DNA of 64,000 bases, from positions 300,941-364,940 of the forward strand of contig OZ252250.1 of assembly GCA_965249675.1 (NCBI GenBank). The letters are read 5' to 3'. The notes under the pieces are model-generated. The model was given only the letters and a program-made list of their open reading frames with translations. It did not search any database and was not told where the DNA came from. Source of the stretch: Dehalococcoidia bacterium (GTDB lineage Bacteria > Chloroflexota > Dehalococcoidia > UBA2979). Below, piece after piece: positions 1 to 8,656 of the stretch. The number at the start of each line of letters is the position of its first letter. Within the stretch, counting starts at the first letter, position 1. The translations under genes were made by a program, and so were the position numbers.

Positions 1-497
1 CCCTCCCCGTCGAGGAAGCGGAACGTGAACCCGGCCCGGCTGCTCGTCGGAATCTCGTCGTTGTAGATGATCCGGTTGAAGGTGAACTCCACATCGTGCG
101 CGGTGAAGGGTGCCCCGTCGTGCCACTTCACATCCGTGCGAAGGCGAAACGTCCAGCTCAAGCCGTCGCTCGAGTGCTCCCACGACTCGGCCAGCGATGG
201 CTCGACCTCGTCGGTCAGCCACGAGACTTCGGTCAGACCCTCGAACAGATAGCCCAGTACGCCCGACGACGAGGCGTCGTTGGCGATGGCCAGGTTGAAG
301 GTCAGCGGGTCGGAGATGGTCGCAACGGTCAGAACACCGCCGTGCTCGCCGGCGCGGTAGCCGAACTCGGCGGCGTTCGCCCGTAGCCGGTCCGCGGTCG
401 AGTTCCCGATCGCGGGTGCAGGCGAAGGACTCTCGCTACCGCCCTCGTCATCGCCCCTGCAGGCGGGCGCCACGAGTAGAGCAAGAAGGGCCAACAC
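1..497 (-). CDS. ABC transporter substrate-binding protein, family 5 (peptide/nickel type), N-terminal part; gene runs off the left edge
   Basis: Not in the ORF track (partial, probable GTG start at 497). Minus-strand translation: LALLALLVAPAC (lipobox) RGDDEGG...GGVLTVATISDPLTFNLAIANDASSSGVLGYLFEGLTEVSWLTDEVEPSLAESWEHSSDGLSWTFRLRTDVKWHDGAPFTAHDVEFTFNRIIYND. This is the typical DppA/OppA-type N-terminus, with strong GC3 bias. Confidence 0.75.
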   Translation of the reverse strand, partial: MLALLALLVAPACRGDDEGGSESPSPAPAIGNSTADRLRANAAEFGYRAGEHGGVLTVATISDPLTFNLAIANDASSSGVLGYLFEGLTEVSWLTDEVEPSLAESWEHSSDGLSWTFRLRTDVKWHDGAPFTAHDVEFTFNRIIYNDEIPTSSRAGFTFRFLDGE

Positions 498-1036
498 GAC
501 GAGACTCAGCCGGCCGGGCCCGGCTCGTGTGCTGTGGTCGTTGGCGCGGCATCGCCTCAGAAGTGGTCACGGCGCCTCCCAGGCAAGACTCGTTGAACAG
601 CTGCGAGCTTAGCCCGGATCCACCGGAGCCTGACGCGATGTCGTTCGGGAACGGGCAACAGGTGCCCTCTGCAAGCGGAATACTGGTGGGTGCATCGACG
701 AAGCCGATGCATTTGCGGGCTGGCGGAACGCCCCCGTGTTCCCGGCTACATCGTCAAGGCGCCATCAACCCCGGGCACGCTTCTGCGCAGCTTCGGGTGA
801 GGGGCACGTCTGCGGCGATAGCTGCCGTACAACGCCCCAGGGAGCTGTCGCTCGAGCGTGCTCGTCTCCGCCTTCCCGCATCGCGTAGCTCGCGCTGCGC
901 CGCAGCGCTCCCTGGCCCCGGGACGTCTGACAAGGGCTGCACGTAGGCGACCGACGGGGGAAAATGCCCGGAACGGCGGTCTGACCGGAGATGTCGGCAG
1001 ATGACCGGCGGAAGACGGACAGCAGGAAGCGAAACC

Positions 1037-4000
1037 ATGAACCAGACCCTCGCGCTCCCGGTCGCCCTGGTCCTCACCGCCGTCGTGCTCGTGGCCGTCC
1101 TGGGCTACGGCCGGGGGTTCGCCCCGGGCGCCGATCCGGCGCCAGCCCCCACCGCGGCAACCCCCACGCCCACGGCCACAGCGACGCCCACCCCCACCGC
1201 CACTCCCACGGCGACGCCCACCGCCACGGCGATGCCCACCGCCACGGCGACGCCCACCGCCACGGCGACGCCCACCGCCATGGCGACGCCCACCGCCACG
1301 GCGACGCGCACCGCCACGGCGACGCCCCGCCCGGAGACGGCGCCGGCCGGAGCGCTGCCCCTCGATCCGGCGGTAGTCCGCGGGACGCTCACCAATGGTC
1401 TGACCTACTACATCAGGCACAACGAAGAGCCGCCTGGGCGCGCCCACCTGTCGCTCGTCGTCAGGGCCGGCTCAGTCCTCGAGGAAGAGGAGCAGCGCGG
1501 GCTCGCCCACTTCGTCGAGCACATGGCTTTCAACGGAACGGAACGCTTCGCCAAGCAGCAGATCGTCGAGTACCTGGAATCGATCGGGAGCACCTTCGGC
1601 GCCGATCTGAACGCCGCGACCGGTTACGACGAGACCATCTACTTCCTCGAGATCCCGACCGATGATCCCGAGATCCTCGAAACGGCGTTCCAGATCCTCA
1701 GTGACTGGGCCTACGCCAGCTCCTTCTCGCCTGACGAGGTGGAGCTGGAGCGGAGCGTCGTCCTGGAGGAGTGGCGCAGATCCCAGGGGGTCGCGTCTCG
1801 CTGGCGCGACAGCCTCTTCCCGCTGCTCTTCGGCGACTCCCGCTACAGCGACCGAAGCCCGATCGGCCTGCCCGAGGTGATCGAGACCGCACCCGTGGAG
1901 CAGCTCCGGGCCTACTACGAGCGCTGGTACCGGCCCGATCTGATGGCCGTCGTCGCCGTCGGCGACTTCGATCTAGAGCTGATCGAGGCCAAGGTGGCAG
2001 AGCACTTCGCACCGCCTCCTGAGGGCGCAGCCACCCAGCCACGGGCAGCCGTCGCCCCGGCGACCAGCCGGCCGAGCTTCGGGATCCCCGAACACGACAA
2101 CCCGCGCATCCAGGTGTTCACCGATCCTGAGGCGCCCGCCTCGCAGCTGACCGTGGTCCTCAAGGTGTCGCCCGAAGCGGGCCGGGACCAGGCGGCATTC
2201 CGGCGCGGCATCGTGGAGAGCCTCGCCTTCCAGGCGCTGAACGCGCGGCTCTTCGAGCGCGGCCAGGTCACCGATCCCCCCTATCTGGCGTCTTCGGCCG
2301 GCAGCGGCCCCTTCGTTGAGCCGGTGGATATCGTGGACTTCTCGCTGCTCGTCGAGCAGGACGGCGTTGAGCGGGGAATCGCGGCTCTCCTGGAGGAGAT
2401 CCAGCGCGCTCGCCAGCACGGCTTCACCGAGAGCGAGCTGGCCAGGGAGAAGGCGAACCTCCTGCGTTCGGTGGAGCGCGCCTACACGCAGCGGGACCAG
2501 GTCAACTCGGTCGTCCTAGCCGGCTCGTATCGCCACCACTTCTTCCGCGGAACGTCGGTCCCCGGCATCGAGGCTGCGTGGGCGCTCTACCAAGAGCTCC
2601 TGCCCACCATCTCGCTTCCGGAGATCGATGACGTGGCCGTCTCCTGGACAGAGCCCGGGAACACCGTGGTCCTGGTCCTCAGGCCGGAGGGCCCCGACAG
2701 CACCCCGGACGAGGAGCTGGCCCGGGCGGTCGAGTCGCAGATCGAAGCGGCCAGCAGCCTGAGCGTCGAACCCTACGTTGACACCTTCGACGACGTGCCG
2801 CTGCTGGCCACCCTCCCGACCGCGGGGAGCATTACCCGAGAAGCGTCGATCGAGTCGATCGACGCCGTCGAGTGGACACTCTCCAACGGCATCACCGTGA
2901 TCGCCAAGCAGACCGACTTCAAAAACGACGAGGTGCTGTTCAGTGCCTATAGCCCCGGTGGGCACTCGCTGGTGGCGGACCCGGATCACGTCTCCGCCCT
3001 CTTCGCCTCGGCGCTGGCGGACGGCAGTGGCGTCGGTCTGCACGACAGCGTCACGCTGAACAAGCTGCTCACGGGCAAGACGGTTTCGCTCTCCCCCTAC
3101 ATCGGGGAGCTGTTCGAAGGCCTGAGCGGCAGCGCCTCCCCGCAGGACCTGGAGAGCCTCTTCCAGCTGATCACGCTTTACGCGACCGAGCCCAGGTTCG
3201 ATCCGACCTACTTCTCGACGTTCGAGACCCGGCTGCGCAGCGCCGCCGAGACTCGCTCCTCGCAGCCGGACGCCGTGCTCTACGACACCGCCAACACCAT
3301 CCTGAGCCAGGGTCACTTCCGACAGCGACCGCTCACCCTGGAGATGCTTGAGGAGCTCAGCCTTGAGCGGGCCGAGGCGATCTACGCTGACCGGTTTGCC
3401 GACCTGGGCGATGCGACCTTCATCTTCGCCGGCGCCTTCGACTGGGACGAGTTGCGCTCGCTGACGACCACCTACCTGGCCAGCCTGCCGACCATCGGGC
3501 GCACCGAGGAGTGGCGGGACCCGGGCATCGACCCGCCGCCGGGGCTTGAGGATCACGTCGTCCGCAAGGGCATCGAGCCGAGGAGCACGACGATCCTCGT
3601 CTTCACAGGAGAGATGGAGTGGAGCCGCGAGAACGCGCTGGCACTGGACGTGGCAGGCGAGATCCTCGGGATTCGCCTCAGGGAGCGCGTGCGCGAAGAG
3701 CTGGGAGGGAGCTACAGCATCAGCGTGAGCGTCGACTCCTCGCCCCATCCGGACCCCGAGTACCACGTGGCGATCATCTTCGGCAGCGACCCCTCGCGCG
3801 CAGATGAGCTCGCCGATGAGGTGGCCGCGGAGGTCGATTGGCTGCGTCTGGCCGGTGAGCAGGAGTACCTGGACACGGTCAAGGAGCTGCTGCGGACCTC
3901 CCGTGAGGAGGCCGTCCGCGAGAACGGGTTCTGGCTCAGCCAGGTGCGGGCCGCCCTGCAGCGCGGCGAGTCGCTCGAAGAGATCACGCGCTTCGACGAG

Positions 4001-4099
4001 CGGTTGGAGGCGCTGACGCTCGAGCAGGTTGCGGCGGCCGCTCGCCTCTACCTGCCGGCCGACCGCTACGTGCGGGTGGTGCTCCTCCCGGAGAACTGA
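1037..4099 (+). CDS. M16 family zinc peptidase (insulinase/PqqL-like, two-module), membrane-anchored or secreted with a Thr/Pro/Ala linker
   Basis: 1032-aa ORF. Likely start is ATG 1037 (MNQTLALPVALVLTAVVLVAVL hydrophobic anchor, AGGAAG upstream). It carries the HFVEH inverted zincin motif (HxxEH) followed by NGTERF. The length fits paired active plus inactive M16 halves. Confidence 0.9.
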   Translation: MNQTLALPVALVLTAVVLVAVLGYGRGFAPGADPAPAPTAATPTPTATATPTPTATPTATPTATAMPTATATPTATATPTAMATPTATATRTATATPRPETAPAGALPLDPAVVRGTLTNGLTYYIRHNEEPPGRAHLSLVVRAGSVLEEEEQRGLAHFVEHMAFNGTERFAKQQIVEYLESIGSTFGADLNAATGYDETIYFLEIPTDDPEILETAFQILSDWAYASSFSPDEVELERSVVLEEWRRSQGVASRWRDSLFPLLFGDSRYSDRSPIGLPEVIETAPVEQLRAYYERWYRPDLMAVVAVGDFDLELIEAKVAEHFAPPPEGAATQPRAAVAPATSRPSFGIPEHDNPRIQVFTDPEAPASQLTVVLKVSPEAGRDQAAFRRGIVESLAFQALNARLFERGQVTDPPYLASSAGSGPFVEPVDIVDFSLLVEQDGVERGIAALLEEIQRARQHGFTESELAREKANLLRSVERAYTQRDQVNSVVLAGSYRHHFFRGTSVPGIEAAWALYQELLPTISLPEIDDVAVSWTEPGNTVVLVLRPEGPDSTPDEELARAVESQIEAASSLSVEPYVDTFDDVPLLATLPTAGSITREASIESIDAVEWTLSNGITVIAKQTDFKNDEVLFSAYSPGGHSLVADPDHVSALFASALADGSGVGLHDSVTLNKLLTGKTVSLSPYIGELFEGLSGSASPQDLESLFQLITLYATEPRFDPTYFSTFETRLRSAAETRSSQPDAVLYDTANTILSQGHFRQRPLTLEMLEELSLERAEAIYADRFADLGDATFIFAGAFDWDELRSLTTTYLASLPTIGRTEEWRDPGIDPPPGLEDHVVRKGIEPRSTTILVFTGEMEWSRENALALDVAGEILGIRLRERVREELGGSYSISVSVDSSPHPDPEYHVAIIFGSDPSRADELADEVAAEVDWLRLAGEQEYLDTVKELLRTSREEAVRENGFWLSQVRAALQRGESLEEITRFDERLEALTLEQVAAAARLYLPADRYVRVVLLPEN
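1208..1325 (+). repeat. In-frame 18-bp tandem repeat ACGGCGACGCCCACCGCC, six full copies plus a partial seventh
   Basis: Read directly. Units at 1208, 1226, 1244, 1262, 1280, 1298 and 1316, with 0-1 mismatch each. They encode (TATPTA)n within the M16 peptidase linker. Confidence 0.9.
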
Positions 4100-4156
4100 G
4101 GCGGGCTCGCTCCGCCCCCGTCCACGGGCGCACCCGGGCGCACCGAAGGGGTCTCG

Positions 4157-5166
4157 ATGGCGACACAGAATCCAGCGATCCGGGCGGAGGGGCTCGTTCG
4201 AGACTTCCCCGCTGTCCGTGCCGTCGACGGCCTCGACCTCGAGGTCGGCCGCGGCCAGGTGTTCGGCTTCCCCGGCGCCAACGGTTCGGGCAAGACGACC
4301 ACCATCCGCATGCTGACGACGCTGCTCAGGCCGACGGCCGGTCGGGCCTGGGTCGCCGGACTGGATGTCGCCCGCGAGCCAGACAGGGTTCGCCCGCGCA
4401 TCGGCGTCGCCCTCTAGGAGGCCGGGCTCGACGACCTCCAGACCGGTCGCGAGCTCCTCACGCTGCAGGGACGCCTGCAGGGGCTCCCCGCCGCCGACGC
4501 TCGCAAGCGCGCCGGCGAGCTGCTCGCGATCGTCGAACTGACAGACGACGCCGACCGCCGCATCGTCGGCTATTCAGGTGGCATGAAGCGCCGCATCGAC
4601 CTGGCCACGGCACTCGTTCACCGACCCCCCATCGTCTTCCTCGACGAGCCGACGAGCGGGCTCGACCCGATCAGCCGAGACGCCCTCTGGCGCTACGTCG
4701 AGCAGCTCAATCGCGATGAAGGCGCGACCTTCTTCCTGACCACCCAGTACCTCGAGGAGGCCGACCGGCTGGCGGACGAGGTGGCGATCATCGCGGCCGG
4801 GCGCGTCGTCGCCCAGGGCGCGCCGCGCGCCCTCAAGGCCGCCGTCGGCGCCGATGTGATCACGCTCCGGATCGCGGGCCAGGCCGACCGTGCGGTCCTG
4901 GACGACATCACTCGCCGTCTCACCGCGCTCGGCGGGCTCGAGGAGATCCGCAAAACCGGGGACTCGCTCGTGATCTACATCCGCGAGGGCACCCAGCGCC
5001 TGGCGCCGATCGTGACGCTCGCCAACGAGTGCGGACTCGATGTGCTCGAGGTGATGCTGTGCTCGAGGTGACGCTGGCCCACCCCACCCTCGACGACGTC
5101 TTCCTGCGAGCCACCGGACGGCACCTCGAGGACGAGAGCTCCGCGACCGCCGAGGCCGCCGGGTAG
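4157..5166 (+). pseudogene. ABC transporter ATP-binding protein (DrrA/ABC-2 exporter type), disrupted by an in-frame TAG and a 17-bp tandem duplication
   Basis: Walker [10 protein letters not shown], signature YSGGMKRR and Walker B IVFLDEPTSGLD lie in one frame (ORFs 4157-4417 and 4583-5071), interrupted by TAG at 4415-4417 in RIGVAL*EAGLD, the Q-loop position. Removing one copy of the 17-mer at 5042-5075 restores LDVLEVTLAHPTLDDVFLRATGRHLEDE...* ending at 5166. Confidence 0.85.
5042..5075 (+). repeat. 17-bp tandem duplication GTGCTCGAGGTGA(T/C)GCT x2 inside the ABC ATPase gene
   Basis: Copies at 5042-5058 and 5059-5075 differ at one base. The length is not a multiple of 3, so it shifts the frame and creates the TGA at 5069-5071. 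Confidence 0.9.
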
Positions 5167-5189
5167 CGCCGCTGCTCGTCACCGCGACG

Positions 5190-5918
5190 GTGCAGCTCTG
5201 CTGGCGAGCGCTCCGCCAGCCGGGCGTCGAAGCCGGCAACCTCTTCATCCCGATCTTCTTCTTCTTCGTGACAGTGGGCGCGATCAGGAACATCGCCGGG
5301 GAGGCGTTTGGCGTCACCGACTACCAGGGTTGCCAGCTACCGGTGGGCGTGATCCAGGCGGTCGCCGGCGCCGCCGCAGCCTCGGGCGTGGCGATCGTAC
5401 GAGACATGGAGAGCGGCTACTTCGACAAGCTGCTGCTGACCCCGAGCCCGCGCCTGGCGATCGTGCTTGGGCGGCTGATCGCGGACGGTGTCCGAGCGGC
5501 GTTCTTCTCGGCCGTCATGCTCGCCGTGGCCGCCCTGGCCGGCGCCGGGATGGAGGCCGGTCCGGCCGGCTATCTCGTGATCCTGCTGCTCGCCGGACTG
5601 TTCGGCACCGCCTACTCAGGGATCGGCGTCGCGATCGGACTGCGCACGGGCAGCCTGCAGGCCGTCCAGGCCGGCTTCCTCCTGTTCTTCCCGCTGCTCT
5701 TCCTCTCGCCGGCGTTCGCTCCCAAGGAAGTCTTCGACCCCTGGCTCGAGCTGCTGGCCTCGATCAACCCCGTGACCTACCTCCTTGAGGGGATGCGTTC
5801 GCTGGTGCTCTCCGGCTGGCACTGGGATCACCTCGCCGGCGGGTTCGCCTCGGTGCTCGGCCTCGGCTCGGTGACGACGACGCTGGCGCTCTGGGCGCTT
5901 CGCTCGCGCACGCCCTGA
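5190..5918 (+). CDS. ABC-2 type transporter permease (DrrB-like)
   Basis: 242-aa ORF with a GTG start and about six hydrophobic segments. It sits directly downstream of the ATPase remnant and ends INPVTYLLEGMRSLVL, as ABC-2 permeases do. Confidence 0.8.
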   Translation: MQLCWRALRQPGVEAGNLFIPIFFFFVTVGAIRNIAGEAFGVTDYQGCQLPVGVIQAVAGAAAASGVAIVRDMESGYFDKLLLTPSPRLAIVLGRLIADGVRAAFFSAVMLAVAALAGAGMEAGPAGYLVILLLAGLFGTAYSGIGVAIGLRTGSLQAVQAGFLLFFPLLFLSPAFAPKEVFDPWLELLASINPVTYLLEGMRSLVLSGWHWDHLAGGFASVLGLGSVTTTLALWALRSRTP

Positions 5919-6072
5919 GGTCGCGCGGGTGCCGACCCGGCCCGCCGACTGCGGCCCGCACGGCCGGGGCCACCCGCTCCTATGATGGGAGCCCACCCGC
6001 GCGGCCCGGGCGAGCAGAGCGCCGGGACGAGAGCGGGGGAGGGCCGGGGGAAGTGCCAGGGAGGGAACGCCC

Positions 6073-6948
6073 GTGACGACGCTACGCCAGCTGCTCGATC
6101 AGCCGGAGCCGGTGGTGGCCACGCTCGTCTCCAATCCGCTCATGGCGCGGCTCGCCGAGCGCGCCGGATTCCGCGCCCTCTACCTCGGCGGCGGCATGCT
6201 CGGCTACTCAAAGGTAGTCCTTGAGGCCAACCTCAACATCAGTGAGCTGGCGGCAGCGGGCGTGGACATCAAGGCGGTCTCCGCGCTCCCACTGATCCTC
6301 GACGGAGCGACCGGCTTCGGGGACCCGATGCACATGCACCGCACGATCCCGATGGCCGAGGCGGCCGGCTTCGCGGCGATCGAGATCGAAGACCAGCTCG
6401 TGCCGAAGCGCGCCCACCATCACGTCGGCATCGAGCACATGGTGCCGGCCGAGCTGATGGCGGCAAAGGTGCGTGAGGCGGTGCGGGCGCGCCGAGACCC
6501 GGACTTCCTGATCATCGCCCGCACCAACGCCATTCGCTCGACCGACTTCCCAGACGCCTTGCGCCGCGCCCGCGCCTACAAGGAGGCCGGCGCCGACCTC
6601 CTGATGCTCTCACCGCAGGGCCCGGACCAGCTCCGCGAGATCGCACGCCAGCTGCCGCCGCCCTTCCAGCTGCTCGTGCCAGCCGGCGGGTTCGGGCGAC
6701 TGGCCGACTCTCGCGAGGAGCTCGCCGCCCTCGGGTTCAAGCTGCTGATCGACGCCTCGCAACCGATGCTGGCGGCCTTCCGCGCCTGGCGTGAGCTTTA
6801 CGGCTCGATCTCCGCCGATCTGTCGAGCCCATTCCTGCCGCGCGAAGAGGCGGCGGAGCTGGCCGCGGAACTGAACGAGGCCGTCGGGATCGGGGAGCTC
6901 CTGGCGATCGAGCGGGCGACCGTCGAAGGGGAGTCGGGCGACGGGTAG
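6073..6948 (+). CDS. Isocitrate lyase/PEP mutase family enzyme (2-methylisocitrate lyase or oxaloacetate decarboxylase-like)
   Basis: 291 aa with ILDGATGFGDP, IEIEDQ..PKR and IIARTNA motifs typical of the ICL/PEPM superfamily. GTG start with GGGAGGGA upstream. Confidence 0.85.
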   Translation: MTTLRQLLDQPEPVVATLVSNPLMARLAERAGFRALYLGGGMLGYSKVVLEANLNISELAAAGVDIKAVSALPLILDGATGFGDPMHMHRTIPMAEAAGFAAIEIEDQLVPKRAHHHVGIEHMVPAELMAAKVREAVRARRDPDFLIIARTNAIRSTDFPDALRRARAYKEAGADLLMLSPQGPDQLREIARQLPPPFQLLVPAGGFGRLADSREELAALGFKLLIDASQPMLAAFRAWRELYGSISADLSSPFLPREEAAELAAELNEAVGIGELLAIERATVEGESGDG

Positions 6949-7024
6949 CCGAGCGGGCGGCTCGGGGAGCGTGGCAGGCAGGGACGGCCCGGGCATCGGG
7001 CAAGAGACAGATGGAGGGATCACG

Positions 7025-7901
7025 ATGACGACACTGCCGGGGCTACTGGTCCAGAGCGACTGGCTGGAGAGCCATCTCGCAGACGAGGGACTCCGCATCC
7101 TCGAATGCACGACCATCCTCAGGCCGGGGCCGGACGGCCGGCTGCGGGCGACGAGCGGCCGCGAGGCCTGGCAGCAGGGCCACATCCCCGGCAGCGCCTT
7201 CGCCGATCTTCCCGGCGATCTCTCGGACCAGAGCCAGAGGCTGCGCTTCATGATGCCGCCGGCCGACCAGTTCGCCCGGGCGATGTCGGGCTATGGCGTG
7301 GGAGAGGGCAGCCGCGTCGTGCTCTACGACCGGGCCGGAGGCGCCTGGGCCGCCCGCGTCTGGTGGATGCTGCGCGTCATGGGATTCGACGATGCGGCAG
7401 TTCTCGACGGCGGGTGGGCGAAGTGGTCGGCCGAAGGACGCCCCACCTCGAGCGCGGCGAGCAGCTACCCCGAGGCGGCGTTCACCCCACGCCCTCGCAC
7501 GAGCATGTTCGCCGACCGCGATGAGGTCCTTCAGGCAATTGACGATCGGGGATCGTGCATCATCAACGCCCTCAGCCCCGAGCAGCACGCCGGTGAAGGC
7601 GCCGCCCGCTACGGGCGTCCGGGACGGATCCCGGGGAGCGTCAACGTCCCCTCGGGGCACCTCCTCGATCCCGAAAGCAACGCCTAATCTGCCGCTCGAA
7701 ACGCTCCGGGAGCAATTCCAGGCCGTCGGCGCCGACCAGGCCGATCGGGTGATCACCTACTGCGGCGGGGGGATCGCGGCCAGCAACGACGCCTTCGCGC
7801 TGACCCTGCTCGGCTATCAGAACGTCGCGATCTACGACGCCTCGCTCTCAGAGTGGGCGGCCGATCCCGAGCTCCCGATGGAGGTTGGACCCGGCCAGTG
7901 A
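7025..7901 (+). pseudogene. Two-domain rhodanese (thiosulfate/3-mercaptopyruvate sulfurtransferase, SseA-like) with a +1 frame break near 7685
   Basis: Domain 1 and the start of domain 2 (GHIPGS...RIPGSVNVPSGHLLDPESNA*) are in one frame ending at TAA 7685-7687. The remainder (NLPLETLREQFQAVGADQADRVITYCGGGIAAS...YDASLSEWAAD, with the active-site Cys loop) is in the +1 frame to 7901. Confidence 0.8.
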
Positions 7902-7961
7902 AGTTCGGCCGCGGCCGGGGGCTGCCCCGTCGGGCCCGTAGGCGGGTTGCCTGATCTGCGG

Positions 7962-8120
7962 CTACCCGACTGACCGCTGCCCGACTGACCGCTGCCCGAC
8001 TGACCGCTGCCCGACTGGGCCGCTGCCCGACTGACCGCTGCCCGACTGGCCGCTGCCCGACTGGCCGCTGCCCGACTGACCGCTGCCCGACTGGCCGCTG
8101 CCCGACTGGCCGCTGCCCGA
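7962..8120. repeat. 15-bp minisatellite CTGCCCGACTG(A/G)CCG, about 10.5 contiguous copies (one 16-bp unit)
   Basis: Read directly. Units start at 7962, 7977, 7992, 8007 (16 bp), 8023, 8038, 8053, 8068, 8083 and 8098, with a partial unit at 8113. The array lies between the convergent rhodanese and GNAT genes and runs into the GNAT stop codon (8121-8123). Confidence 0.95.
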
Positions 8121-8579
8121 TCAGAAGTCGAGATCCATCCAGCGATGGTCGATCCCGGCGTCGAGGAAGATCGGTCCGCGCGCCCGGTAGCCGAGCCGTT
8201 CGTAGAAGCCGATCGCATGCTCCTGTGCGGCCAGGGTGATGCCGGGGCGACCGAGTTCACGGGCACGCCCGGCCAGCCAGTCCATCACCGCCCGCCCGGC
8301 GCCGGTACGGCGCTCGGACGCGAGCACGGCGACGCGGCCGACGTGCGCACGCTCTTCGGGCGGGTGATCGAGCAGGAGCCGGCCCGTTGCGACGGGCTCT
8401 ACGGCGCGGCTGACGAGCACGTGGACGGCGTCGGTGACGGTCCGGGGATCTCCGTCGAAGCGGTCGATCTCCTCTTCCTCCGGCACCCCCTGCTCGTCGA
8501 TGAAGACCAGCCGACGAATGCCGAGCGCCAGCTCCATCTGCTGCACGGTCTCGATCGGCCGGGCCTGGAAGCCGCTCAT
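8121..8579 (-). CDS. GNAT family N-acetyltransferase
   Basis: 152 aa. It has the acetyl-CoA binding core RVAVLASERRTGAGRAVMDWL (Q/RxxGxG/A) and a FYERLGY tail. Confidence 0.85.
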   Translation of the reverse strand: MSGFQARPIETVQQMELALGIRRLVFIDEQGVPEEEEIDRFDGDPRTVTDAVHVLVSRAVEPVATGRLLLDHPPEERAHVGRVAVLASERRTGAGRAVMDWLAGRARELGRPGITLAAQEHAIGFYERLGYRARGPIFLDAGIDHRWMDLDF

Positions 8580-8656
8580 CCGCTCAGACTACCGCCCGCC
8601 GGCGGGCGTGGTCGACGGGGGGCACCGTCCTGCACCCGTAGCCCCCGGGCAGGCGT

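Noticed and set aside
540-1036. About 540-bp divergent intergenic region searched for a riboswitch or small gene (contains the hairpin TGCATCGacgaagcCGATGCA)
   Set aside because: No conserved riboswitch core was recognised. The 176-aa ORF 416-946 has non-coding-like composition, and the hairpin alone is not diagnostic.
7962-8120. Possible CRISPR array, given many regular short direct repeats
   Set aside because: The units are contiguous 15-mers with no spacers. The repeat is far shorter than CRISPR repeats, and no cas genes are nearby. It is a minisatellite.
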